64,000 bases of DNA, taken from assembly GCF_036321535.1 (NCBI RefSeq), contig NC_087454.1:19592001-19656000 (forward strand), read 5' to 3'. Below are positions 9,961-21,639 of the stretch, piece by piece (the stretch's first letter is position 1; each line of letters begins with the position of its first letter). Both the position numbers and the translations under genes were made by a program. Source of the DNA: Camelus dromedarius. Its lineage: Eukaryota. The notes under the pieces are model-generated. The model did no database searches. It was given only the letters and a program-made list of their open reading frames with translations, and was not told where the DNA came from.

Positions 9961-12900
9961 TGGAGTTGTTTTTTTGGAGGTACTGCGGGTTGAACCTAGG
10001 ACCTCGCGCATGCTTAGCACACGCTCTACCGCTGGGCTCTACCCCCACCCCAGTAAACACCTGTTTTTAACTGTGCAGTGTATCTATGGTGCTTTAGGAA
10101 GAGAAGGAAAAACTATGAAGACATCCTCCCAGACTTGAAGGTACTTCAAGGGGGAGATAAAATGGACACAAATAAGCATAGCAGGTATACAGTGACTAAT
10201 TTTACATATATTGGATGCCCACTATATACCCGGTACTGTGCAGAAGAACTGGAAGCTTAGAGATGAAAGATAAGCCTTGCTTATCTAGAAAGGGCAGGTC
10301 TAGTGGAGGGGACAGAGCACTAATTGGAGGCTGACCGAGTGCAATGAATGTGCTTGAGAATGTCAAGGAACTGGAGAAGAGAGGAGCAACATCTGCTCGG
10401 ATAGGGTGGGGGTGTCATCCAAGCCTCCCAGGAATTTGTGATAGCTGAGTTCATTCTTGAAGGATCAGTATGAGTTAGCAAGGGGAAGAATATTCCAAGC
10501 AAGCAGAGGATGCAGTTAGTGCAAAAGTGGAGATGTAGTTGAGCCTGGCTTGTTCCCCGTATTTTGTGACTGGTGTGATGGTGTTTGAAAGATGTGCAGG
10601 AGACAGATGATGAAAGGCTTTATACACTATTCCAAGGAGCTTAATTCTAAAGACGGTAAGAAAAAGGACCCATTGAAGTGTATAAGAAATGATTAGGCAG
10701 GGAGACCATTTAGGAGGCTCTGGTAATGATCCAGGTGAGAATGGTAAGAGAATAAGCGAAGGCAGTGAAGACTCAGAGTTACGAAGGAAGTGGCATTGAC
10801 TAGAACTACATGAAGGGAGAGGAATTAAGGATGACACTCAACTCAGTGCTGTTAATTGAAAGCAGTAGTAGGCTGTAGAGCGGGGAGCCGGAAGAGATAA
10901 GATCAGCTTTTGAATGCTGAGTTGGAGATTTCTGGGGAATTTCTAAGAGGAGATGGCAAGGAGAGTTTGGTGCTTGTGGAGAGAGCTCTAGACTAGAAGT
11001 AAAGATGCGGCTGAGTGTAGTTGAGGTGTTAAATACAGGGCATCCCATAGAGAGTGTAAGCGGATTGAAGCAAAAAGAGGTAGAGGATGGGAACCCCAAA
11101 GAACCTCAACAGTTAATGGAAGAAAGGTGAGGAAGGAGGCTGAGATAAGACTGAGAAAAGCGAGCAGCCTCTTCTCTGAAACTGGAGGCAGACCAGCAGT
11201 AGCAGGATCCCTGATGTTAAGTAACAGCAGGAGAGGAGAATTAAAAGGATGAGGAGGTACGTAAGTGTCAGAGCGGAGATTGTAAGGTTGAAGAAAGTGC
11301 TTTATTTGGTTTTGAACTTAGGAGCTGCTTAAGTGATGTACTAAAAGGAGGAGTCATTAGAGGAGGAGAAGTGGAGGATACTTTAGCCACACTTAGCCTT
11401 TTCCTGTTCCTTGGTGATAATCCTTTCTTACACTTGAACCTGTACACAGGCTTCTCTTCCTTTGGTCAGGTGGTGTGGTTGCCTTAGTCTTTGGAGAGAA
11501 ATTAGTGTCTGAGTCACTTCTCAGTGTTGTCAGGGTGAGCTGACCATTCCTTTTTCTGTACTACAGTGGGTTCTCCCTCTTAATGGTTTTAGACTTAGAC
11601 TCCTTGGAATAGTGCATAAAGCCTTTCATTATTTCTGCTGCACGTCTTTTCAGTTCCATCATGCTAGTCACCCAATACAGGGACCAAATTTTGAAATGTG
11701 TTCAGGATGGAGGATGCAGATTAAGCAAAGACAGGTGTAAGCATACCTGAGAGTTAACCAAGGAGCAGGGAAAGACCAGTGTCCAGAACACAGGTATGAG
11801 TAAGGAAACAGAGGTACAGCAGAAAAGATAGGATGGGCCCTTTTAGTCTGTGAGGCCCTAAATTATAGGGATTTTCATTTGTTATCTCCAGTTTTAGGCA
11901 TTGTAGATGTTCGGTGTCTGAATAAATGATTACTGTGGACTACATGGGATTCTGGTCTGAGAATACTTAATGTGGTAGATAGCAGAAGGCCTTTGTTTTT
12001 GGGATTTTGAGGGGGGGGAATGATCACAGGAGTGCTTTTGGATAGAATTGGATAGCAGTGGATGGGTGGGATGGTTTGGGAGGTGAATGTGATAGTGGAT
12101 CGGCTTGGGCATGATGAGAAATCACAAGGCTGCTGGCTGCCTCCCAGTCAAATGTGAGTGGGAGAGGGAGTTAGATTTGGTCCCTCCTTCAGGGAAACAG
12201 GGGTGGACAGAATGGAGAAGCTGAAATTTGTTCAGTCAGTAAACTTCTGTCGACTTCCCACATTGCTCCCTGGGAACATGAGCTAAATGGTCCCTCTCTA
12301 GGATGGAAGACAGACACCCAGTTGAGTGTGACACAGTGCGATTTGTGCTTGAGGTGTGAGCAGAGCAAGTGCGCCACAGACCCAGATGTTTATTGACTTA
12401 CCAGAAAGCTGTGTTTCCATGGTCTGCAGGTCCCCAAAATGACACACCCAGACTGAATTCGTAATATTTTTGTTCTACCTTTCTCCCCCATAGATGGTAG
12501 GGGTGGGGAGAGAGGTCCTTCTCTTCCAGTATATCCTGAGTTAATAACTGGTACCACTAGCCCAGCTAATTCTGCCAGCTAAAAACATAGGAGTCATCTC
12601 TAAATACCCCTTCTTACTGCCCACCTCTGCCGTCACTCTCTGGATTCTCCTCTGCCTCACACTGCCACCCTAGACCAAGCCACCATTGTCTGTCCTGTGG
12701 GGCAGTGCAAATGTCTAGGGAGTGATAGTTGAGCTAGGAAAACAGTAAAATGGAGTGGAGGCCACTGAGAGCTTGTTAGATGAGATCAGGCTGCTTTGGA
12801 ATTTGCAGATCATCATTCACAATTTCTGCTTAACCTTCTAGACAAAGTGGTGAAGAAAGGGAAGAAGGACAAGAAGACGAAAAAGACGGTAAGGCAACGA

Positions 12901-15900
12901 GGGGTGAGGGTGAGAGATGACTATGGGTGTTTCTGAGCAGAAGGTGGCCCTATGAAGGCAGTGGGGGTCTGAGGGAGGGGAAGGGGTCATGTCAGCAGAG
13001 CAAGCAAGGTGGGTCTGGAGTGGCAGGTCCGTGGGCTCATGTGAGGCAGCAAAGGGCTTGGTTGGTCTCTGAGCTGTGTTTACCCAGATCTTAACTCCCT
13101 TTGTAGTTCTTTGAAGAGCTGGCAGTAGAAGACAAACAGGCTGGGGAAGAAGAGAAGGTGCTCAAGGAGAAGGAGCAGCAGCAGCAGCAGCAGCAGCAGG
13201 TACCAGTGTCCGGACCTACCAATCCACCCGGGCATCTTAGGTCCCCAACCCCTCCGCAGCCCACATCAGTTGGCTCGGCTGATAGGGAACTCTCTCCAGG
13301 GCAGAAATACAGCAGCAGCCTGGCCTTCATTCTCGCATTCTGTTTTGCGTTCAGCAGCAAAAAAAGAAACGAGACACCCGAAAAGGCCGGCGGAAGAAGG
13401 ATGTGGATGACGATGGAGAAGAGAAGGAGCTCATGGAGCGTCTTAAGAAGCTCTCAGTGCCGGCCAGTGACGAGGAGGATGAGGGTAAATGCCCTGAGGG
13501 AAATGGGTACTGGAATCCCTGAGTCATGAAGGGTCACAGACTTCATTCCTTGCTCTTGAAGTTGGATTAGATAGAGGAGCTGGATGTAATTCTCTTTCCT
13601 GTCTCATCTTCTCCCTTGTCATTTCAGTACCTGCCCCGGTTCCCCGAGGAGGGAAGAAAACCAAGGTAAGCCATCTATCTGTGTGGTAAACAGAGACTCC
13701 AGGCGTGCAGCCTTGACCATCCTGCTGACTTCTCCGGCCCTTTCATTCTCCAGGGTGGTAATGTTTTTGCAGCCCTGATTCAGGATCAGAGTGAGGAAGA
13801 GGAGGAGGAAGAAAAACATCCTCCTAAGCCGGCCAAGCCAGAGAAGAATCGGATCAATAAGGTGAAAGCGGTGGCTCTGCCCGTCACTCCCACCCCAGGT
13901 GGCACCTTCTAGCCACCGTGTGGTCATTCCCTGCCTGCTTTTCCTGCTTTTAAACTAGCTCTCCTAGGTCTGTCTTGCTTATACTGTCAAAATCAGCTTT
14001 TTAAAATACTTTTCATCACTGAGAAATCTACAGTGGTGTTGCTGCTTTCAAACTCAGAATCTAAAACAAAGGCCTTCAAGTCTTTGCTCTTCCACTTGGA
14101 CCCCTCAGCAGGGTTACAGGACTCTTCATATACCTTTCAGATCAGCCTGATCACATCTTGGCATCCAGTCTGACTGTGTGTTGAAGCCTTTGTTCTTTAT
14201 GGTGTCTCTTCCCTTTTCCCTAGAATGCCTTGTCCAAGCCCATGTCCATTAACTCTTCTCGAGATTCACCCTCTCCAGGAAGCCTCCAGTGTTAGGGCTG
14301 CCCGCTCACGTGGCTCACTTGCCTAACTCACAGTCCCTAAGCTGTGCTGATACTCTCTAGTCGTCTCTTCCCTATCTAGTCTCCAGCTGGAGGCTAGCGT
14401 TTCTCTGGGTCTCATTTTCTCCCTGGCAAACTCAGTATCGTTAACTACTACTCCTAGACTCCATAGAAATGCCTGTTAAGCTACAAGCTCGCAGATTAAT
14501 TTGTGTCTGTGTCTTCCCCAGGCTGTATCTCAGGAACAACAGCCAGGGCTCAAGAGCAGAAAGGGAAAGGAGGAGAAGTCAAAGGGGAAGGCCAAGGTAA
14601 GGGAGTATTGGCAGGAGGAGGGTCTGGGTCTTAGGAATCAGAGCATGTCATCCGACCTGCTGTCTTTTCCCTGATAGCCTCAAAATAAATTTGCTGCTCT
14701 CGACAATGAAGAGGAGGAGGATGAAGAGGAAATAACAAAAGAAAAGGAGCCTCCCGGGCAAGAGAAGGAGAAGGCCAAGAAGGCAGAGCAAGTGTGTACT
14801 TTGGTGTCGGGGGAAGGTGGGCTGGGGGACTCGGGCTCTGTGGCCCTTGGGGTGGGGCAGGATCTGGGGGTGCTCCTACTGTCCAGAGCAGGGGTTGGCA
14901 AATTTCTATAAATGGCCACATAGTAAATATTTTTGACTTTTTAGGCTACATACCGTCTCTGGTGCATATTCTTCTTTTACGTTTTTGGAGAAACCCTTCA
15001 AAAATGTAAAAACTATTCTTAGCTCAAGGGCCATAATTTGCAACTCCTGATCCAGAAAGAAAAGGACCTGGGCCTTTGCCTCAGACAGTCTGGGTTCTGG
15101 CTCTGCCACTCACCGACTGTGTGACCTTGAGTGCATCCTTCTACCTCCCTGGGTCTCAGTTATCTCATCTGTGTGAACTAGTGATCTCTGAGCTCCCCTG
15201 TACTGCTAGCACTTGCCAGTTCTGTGATTTTGCTGGATTTCTCAGTGGATGTATATTAGGGCTTCCAGTTCTTTTTTTTTGCAGGTTACCATTTAGGCCA
15301 CAGAAACTCATTTGATACATGAGGAAAAAGAGCCTGTTCCAATTATTCTACCTTCAGTTACATTGTATTGGCCATTACATCTGTAGGTGTATACACATTG
15401 TTACCTGTCATACACACACACATACATACAGACTCATCTCGTCTGTCCTGTATGTTTCCTGGGGCAGAAATGGAGAATAAAGAGTGGCAAGGAGACCAGG
15501 GTGGGTATGAGAATGAGAGTGGGTCTGCCAAGATATTTCAGGACAGCTGGCTGTTGAACTGGGGGTAGATGATGTGAAGTCTGAGTTCTGGAAGGGATCC
15601 CTTGTGTTTTACTATCCCTGGTTCTCACAGGGCTCCGAGGAAGAAGGAGAAGAGGAGGAGGAAGGGGAGTCCAAGGCTGATGATCCCTATGCTCACCTTA
15701 GCAAGAAAGAGAAGAAAAAGCTGAAGAAACAGGTGAGACCTTGGGTTCTTAGTGGTTAAAGGTGGGAGAATTTGATTTTTTTTTAAATTGTAATGCTTCA
15801 GGTAGGGGACGGGTGAATTAGGGGACAAGAAGAGAGCTTTGGGTGCTCCTTCAAGTAAAACAGTTGGAGTAAGGAAAGGATTATGTTCTGTGAGTCTTGG

Positions 15901-18900
15901 CTTGGTGTCTGATGACACAGGGCTGTATCATGGTGATGGGATGCTGGCAGACAGTGGCCTCAAAAGTGATTTTTTTCCCTTTCTTCTCAGATGGAGTATG
16001 AGCGCCAGGTGGCTTCATTAAAAGCAGCCAATGCTGCTGAAAATGACTTCTCTGTGTCGCAAGCAGAGGTGTCCTCCCGCCAGGCTATGTTAGAAAATGC
16101 ATCTGACATCAAGGTAGGTTCGGAGGGGGCCCCTCCTGCCAGTTGGCCCAGGGACCTGCCACTTCTCTCCCCTTTGCCAGAGTGGCTGTGGCAGCCGAGG
16201 AAGTGGGTATGGGAAGAAAGCTTGGAAGTGTTTTCCACATCTTAAGTTCTGCCAGCTTGAGGGAGAAGATAGTTCCCTTCCCTTGGAGGGAAATAGGGTG
16301 GGGCGGGCTGGACCGGCTTAGGGTTTGGAGACTCCTGCTAGAGGCAGTGCATGGGGCCAGGGACTGGTGTGTTGAGAGGAGGGGTATTATGCTGGCAGTC
16401 TCGGTTTGTCGGAGGCTCCCCTGCAGGAAGAAAGCTGTAGTTGCTGTGTGGAAGGGAGAGTTCTCACGTGCTCCTTCCTTCCCTGACCACTGCAGCTGGA
16501 GAAGTTCAGCATCTCAGCCCACGGCAAGGAGCTATTCGTCAACGCCGACCTGTACATTGTCGCTGGCCGCCGTTACGGGCTGGTGGGACCCAATGGGTGA
16601 GGAGAGGCGGGGCAGGAGATACGTGAAGAGAAGGGCTGGAAGGAGAGGAGACCTCCTTCTGGTCTCTGGTGGCCTGGTCCTGAAAGTTCTCATTCCCCAG
16701 CAAGGGCAAGACCACCCTCCTGAAGCACATCGCCAACCGAGCCCTGAGCATCCCTCCCAACATCGACGTGCTGCTGTGCGAGCAGGGTGAGTCCTGGTGG
16801 GAAGGCGGTGAAACCCAGGGGCTTGACAAGGGTCTGCTGGGGTAAATAAGCCAAACAAGGCTAGAAGAAACCATGGTTGTGGAGTTGGAAAGGTTACCTG
16901 GAGAGACTGGGAACTGGGAAACAGGTGCTAAAGAAGTTGAGAGAAGAGAGGAGAGACTGGAACGGGTTTTATTCGGGACAAGTGCGGAGAGCCAGGCAGG
17001 GCCAGGCAAAGCAGAAGGGAAGAGGGAATAGGAGCCTTGGCCCTCGAGACGCCCTGACTTCTCCCCCGGCCCCCAGAGGTGGTAGCGGATGAGACGCCAG
17101 CTGTGCAGGCTGTTCTTCGAGCTGACACCAAGCGGCTGAAACTGCTGGAAGAGGAGCGGCGGCTTCAGGGACAGCTGGAGCAGGGTGATGACACGGCTGC
17201 CGAGAGGCTGGAGAAGGTAGAGGAGATGGCGCAGGGGACACTGCTGAGACTGGGGTCCCGGGACCTCCAAACATGTGTCCTCTTCTCCCTCCTCCCAGGT
17301 CTATGAGGAGTTGCGGGCTACTGGGGCGGCTGCTGCAGAGGCCAAAGCCCGCCGGATCCTGGCTGGTCTGGGCTTCGACCCTGAAATGCAGAATCGACCC
17401 ACACAGAAGTTCTCGGGGGGCTGGCGCATGCGTGTCTCCCTGGCCAGGTGGGCTCCCCTCTTCACCACCCTCCCTTCCAGCCTTCATCCACCAGGGTCCT
17501 TCCCTTTCTGTTCTTCCAAGGCTGTAAGGAGGTTCAAGGCCGACTTCTCTCTCCTTCATCATCCACGTTGTCAGACTCAGGGATTTTCCCTCTACCTGGG
17601 AGTGTATTCTCAATTGTCTCCCAAAGGGGAACTTCTCTAAGAGGCTGGGAAGGAGTGGTCGTGGTCTCAGGCTCCACTCAGCAGAGGCTCGTCTGGGCAC
17701 TCTGAGCAAGGACCTTCCTCCCCATGACCCCACACTCTGCTGCCCCACCCCCTAGGGCACTGTTCATGGAGCCCACGCTGCTGATGTTGGACGAGCCCAC
17801 CAACCACCTGGACCTCAATGCTGTTATTTGGCTCAACAAGTGAGATGCCCTTGATTACAGTCTTTGCATCTTTGGTTCCCATCCTGCCCCTGACAGCTCT
17901 CATACCAGCTTTCCTTCTTTTCTTGCCCCTGTCATCTGTCTCCTTTCCCTAACTTAATCCTAATTTAGCCACTGTAACATTTCCACACTCTTCTCTAAAT
18001 CCCAGCTACCTCCAGGGCTGGCGGAAGACGCTGCTCATCGTCTCCCATGACCAGGGCTTCCTGGATGACGTCTGCACCGACATCATCCATCTCGATGCCC
18101 AGCGGCTCCATTACTATAGGGGCAATTACAGTAAGTGGGGTTGTGTGGGGACCTGGTGGGAGGAAAGGGATGGTGCCTTGAGAAAGGCCTGAGAGGGAGG
18201 GCCCATAGGGATGCGGTGATAAGCTGAACCTTTCAGAATTCTAGACAGTGACGCCCACCCCCCTTGTCCCTCGTCCTGGTTCTCCCTCTGCTGGGGAGAG
18301 GGACAGCCATTGATGCCCGTCCTCCCTGTTGCCCCAGTGACCTTCAAGAAGATGTACCAGCAGAAGCAGAAGGAACTGCTGAAGCAGTATGAGAAGCAGG
18401 AGAAAAAGCTGAAGGAGCTGAAGGCGGGCGGCAAGTCCACCAAGCAGGCGGTGAGCGCCTGGGTCTTCCGGGCGGGGGCTCTCCTGAGGAGGAGGCCGAG
18501 GGAGCGGGCCTCTGGGGCCTGGCCTGCCTTTCGAGGCGCTCCCTTCCCCTTCCTCCCCAGGAAAAGCAAACAAAGGAGGCGCTGACGAGAAAGCAGCAGA
18601 AGTGCCGGCGGAAAAACCAGGATGAGGAGTCGCAGGAGGCCCCCGAGCTCCTGAAGCGCCCCAAGGAGTACACCGTGCGCTTCACCTTCCCAGACCCGCC
18701 GCCGCTCAGCCCGCCGGTGCTGGGCCTGCATGGTGAGCCGCCGCCGCCGCCGCCCTCCGCCCCCGCCGGCCTCGCGGGCTCTGAGGGGAAAGTGAAAGGC
18801 TGCTCTTGCTTTCTCAGGTGTGACGTTCGGCTATGAGGGGCAGAAGCCGCTCTTTAAGAATCTGGATTTTGGCATCGACATGGACTCGAGGAGTGAGTTG

Positions 18901-21093
18901 GCGGGGGAGGCTCGGGCCGCAGAGCGGGAGCCCCGGGGACCTCAGCCCTCTGACCGCCTGTCTCCCCCACCTGCCTGGCAGTCTGCATCGTGGGCCCTAA
19001 CGGCGTGGGGAAGAGCACCCTGCTGCTGCTGCTGACCGGCAAGCTGACGCCCGTGAGTCCCGCGGCGGGAGTGTGGCCGCTCCCCGGAGGCTGGACTCAG
19101 GGAGCCCCCTCCACCACGCGAGTTAAATACAGAGCTCGTCAGGGGTGGTTCATTTCCTTAAGGGGTGCGGCAGAGGCGAGCAGTTCAGATCAGCCAGAGA
19201 AGAGCCAGGACGGTTGGGGCCAGTGCAGGGGCTCCCTACACCCCACCACGTGTGTTTTGGTCACACAAGAAATGCACGTCCGTTCTAGAAGTGTTAGAAG
19301 TTATGTAAGACAGGGAAAAATGTAGAGGTAACCGCTATTAACTTTGGTGGCTTGCTTTCTCCTTTTTCCTTTACAAGTTTATATATATATATATATATAT
19401 ATTAAACAAAAGTGGCTACTATGTGAATTGTTTTTTAGCCAGCTTTTTCCAGATGATACACATCATTTTTCCACGTTGGTAGTCGTGTGGGTGAATTCAT
19501 TTCTTATGGATCTATATAATTTCTTTGATATCAGTCATTTAGAGTATTTCTGATTTTCCACTAAAGGACAATAGTGCAGCAAATAGTCTTACTGTATCTG
19601 TTCATGAACTTAGTTTTTCCTTAGGATAAATTCCTTAGAATTGCTTTGGGGACTTTGGTGGTGTATGTGGTGCTTAGGCAGGTTGTAGCTGTCTACACCC
19701 TCCAGTAAAGTGTTGAGAGGGCCTACAGAGAGCAGCTCCTCAGAAAGGTGTTCCTGCAGCCTCACACACAGTGTCCCTCCCTCCCCATCCGAGGTGGAAC
19801 CCTGAAAACGTGCAGTTCCTGAGTCTCACAGGAAGGGTGGGAGGGGGTGGTTCTTTGGTGGTGGTCAGTCTCTCCTGGTTCTCAATCTCTGCCTTTTGTT
19901 TCCCCTTCTTTATTCTCTTGCTTCTGATTTCCTGGGCGTGTCTTTGTCGCGTTAGGAAGAACACCCATGTCCCCTTTTTCACCTGGCTCGTTCCCAGCCC
20001 AATCCGGGGATTTGTCTCCCGTTCAGAAAAGCTGGGGCCAGAGCTGCAGCACCCTTCCCTTCTTATCTTCCCACTTGCTTTTTCCTTGCAGACTCGTGGG
20101 GAAATGAGAAAGAACCACCGCCTGGTGAGTTGGCTTTGGGAATTAGGGGGTCAGAGGCTGACAAAGGAAGTGTGACTTTGACTGACCACCCCCTTCTCGT
20201 CTCGGGCAGAAAATCGGCTTCTTCAACCAGCAGTATGCGGAGCAGCTACGCATGGAGGANNNNNNNNNNNNNNNNNNNNNNNNNNNNNNNNNNNNNNNNN
20301 NNNNNNNNNNNNNNNNNNNNNNNNNNNNNNNNNNNNNNNNNNNNNNNNNNNNNNNNNNNNNNNNNNNNNNNNNNNNNNNNNNNNNNNNNNNCTCCTTAAC
20401 TTTCATATCTGTAGGCTGCACTTAGAGGCAGGAGGGAAGAGGAGCCAGGACTCGGGGGACCTCAGCGCTCACACAGACACACATTCGGGGTTTACCTGCA
20501 GAGGTGTCAAATGGTAAAAGGGGCGACGGGTCTCCTTTTCCTTTGCTGCAGGCGGGCAGAAGGCCCGGGTTGTGTTTGCGGAGCTGGCCTGTCGGGAGCC
20601 CGATGTCCTCATCTTGGTGAGTGAGCAGAACTGTGGGGCGGGGTGAGGGTGTCAGACAGGAAAGGGAGGAGTCGGAACGCTTAGTCATGGGATGCTGCCT
20701 GCTTGTAGGACGAGCCCACCAATAACCTGGACATCGAGTCTATCGACGCCCTGGGGGAGGCCATCAATGAGTACAAGGGTGGTAAGTTGGCACGGGGCAC
20801 GCCCTCCTCCTCCTCCCCTTGGGGACCAGCTGTGGTGTCCTTTGGCCAGGACTCCCTCGCCTCAGCTTCTCATTCCCCTCTTCCTCCTTTCTCCCCGCCC
20901 TCCTTCCTCACCCTTGTTCTTCAAAGCTGTGATCGTCGTCAGCCATGATGCACGACTCATCACCGAAACCAACTGCCAGCTGTGGGTGGTGGAGGAGCAG
21001 AGTGTCAGCCAGATCGACGGTGACTTCGAAGATTACAAGCGGGAGGTGTTGGAGGCCCTGGGTGAAGTCATGGTCAGCCGACCCCGGGAGTGA
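9616..21093 (+). CDS. ABCF1: ATP-binding cassette subfamily F member 1 (ABC50), 25 coding exons, ~841 aa
   Basis: Exons: 9616-9688, 12842-12888, 13107-13199, 13355-13484, 13628-13665, 13754-13861, 14522-14596, 14678-14791, 15631-15732, 15991-16113, 16496-16596, 16701-16786, 17077-17216, 17299-17447, 17756-17839, 18006-18130, 18338-18450, 18561-18732, 18818-18892, 18982-19052, 20092-20124, 20210-(~20378, mostly in N-gap), 20552-20616, 20709-20781, 20927-21093. Starts [18 protein letters not shown]. Has two NBDs (GPNGKGKT/FSGGW/LLMLDE and GPNGVGKS/..GGQ/VLILDE) and ends ...EVMVSRPRE*. All phases are consistent. Confidence 0.98.
9969..10046 (-). mobile_element. Second tRNA-Ala-derived SINE copy, in ABCF1 intron 1
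   Basis: Reverse complement reads GGGGGTAGAGCCCAGCGGTAGAGCGTGTGCTAAGCATGCGCGAGGTCCTAGGTTCAACCCGCAGTACCTCCAAAAAAA. Same family as 5933, with a degenerate anticodon loop. Confidence 0.8.
10070..11400. mobile_element. LINE-2 fragments in ABCF1 intron 1
   Basis: L2-like phrases (gaaaggctttatacactattccaaggagctt; gtaatgatccaggtgagaatggt; gtgtagttgaggtgttaaataca). Confidence 0.6.
13176..13199 (+). repeat. (CAG)8 coding repeat; the polyQ is completed by CAG CAA in the next exon (10 Q in total)
   Basis: Counted directly. Confidence 0.95.
14889..15049. mobile_element. hAT-Charlie MITE (MER58-like)
   Basis: Terminal inverted repeats CAGGGGTTGGCAAAT ... ATTTGCAACTCCTG, with internal ggccacatagtaaatattttt typical of MER58. 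Confidence 0.7.
15075..15200 (+). mobile_element. MIR SINE
   Basis: ctgggttctggctctgccactcaccgactgtgtgaccttgag...ctcagttatctcatctgtg is the MIR core. Confidence 0.75.
17217..17298 (+). ncRNA. MIR877: miR-877 mirtron (entire ABCF1 intron 13, 82 nt)
   Basis: The intron starts GTAGAGGAGATGGCGCAGGG (miR-877-5p) and ends TCCTCTTCTCCCTCCTCCCAG (miR-877-3p). The arms pair (GAGGAG/CTCCTC, GGGGACAC/GTGTCCTC). Human MIR877 is a known mirtron in ABCF1. Confidence 0.95.
18420..19160. promoter_or_regulatory. Intragenic CpG-island-like segment over ABCF1 exons 17-20
   Basis: Visibly CpG-dense in both exons and introns; includes intronic (GCC)6 at 18737-18754. Confidence 0.6.
19380..19402. repeat. (TA)n microsatellite
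   Basis: About 11 TA units seen directly. Confidence 0.95.
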
Positions 21094-21633
21094 GCTCCCC
21101 GTCCTGGAAGTCCCCTCGCCTCCCTGGCTCTCCTCGGAAGCCTGCCTCTGACCCAGCGGCCACTCGGGCACATGAAGAAGGAGCGTGATCTTGATGTGAC
21201 CAGGATACCACTTTGACTGCTTTTTCTCTGAAAGACTTGTCTGTTCTTCTTCTCTTCAGATAACTGAGCTGGCCTTGGCCTTGAACTCCCTCTGTACAGA
21301 CAGAGGTGACCTTTGTTACCATGGGGTTCCATCCAGCCAGCCTTACGTGGCCAGTTGTCTGAGACTCTGTCCTCACTCAGAAGCCTATCTCTGGTCCACC
21401 TCAAAGCTTCAGGCCCCACCGCCACCCCGGTCTGTGAGTGGTGCTGCTCTTTTCTGGTGGACTCAATGCTGACTTAACTGATAAACTGCTGTTGCCGCTC
21501 GGAGCCAGAGGGGAGTTCTGAGGCCTGTGCTGTGTGACCCAGGATTTGGTGCTTGCAGCCTCTAGTCTGGCTGGGGACTTGGGGGCAGGAAAGGAACGCT
21601 GCTGAACTCAAATCTCCCTTTACAAGAGGGAGA

Positions 21634-21639
21634 AATAAA
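21634..21639 (+). terminator. Probable ABCF1 polyadenylation signal AATAAA
   Basis: AATAAA 540 nt after the stop, with GU-rich sequence downstream. Confidence 0.6.

Noticed and set aside
16143-18731. Long ORFs of 200-260 aa on both strands across ABCF1 (16143-16790, 16539-17270, 16969-17748, 18126-18731)
   Set aside because: They overlap real exons and short GC-rich introns and show low-complexity shadow composition.
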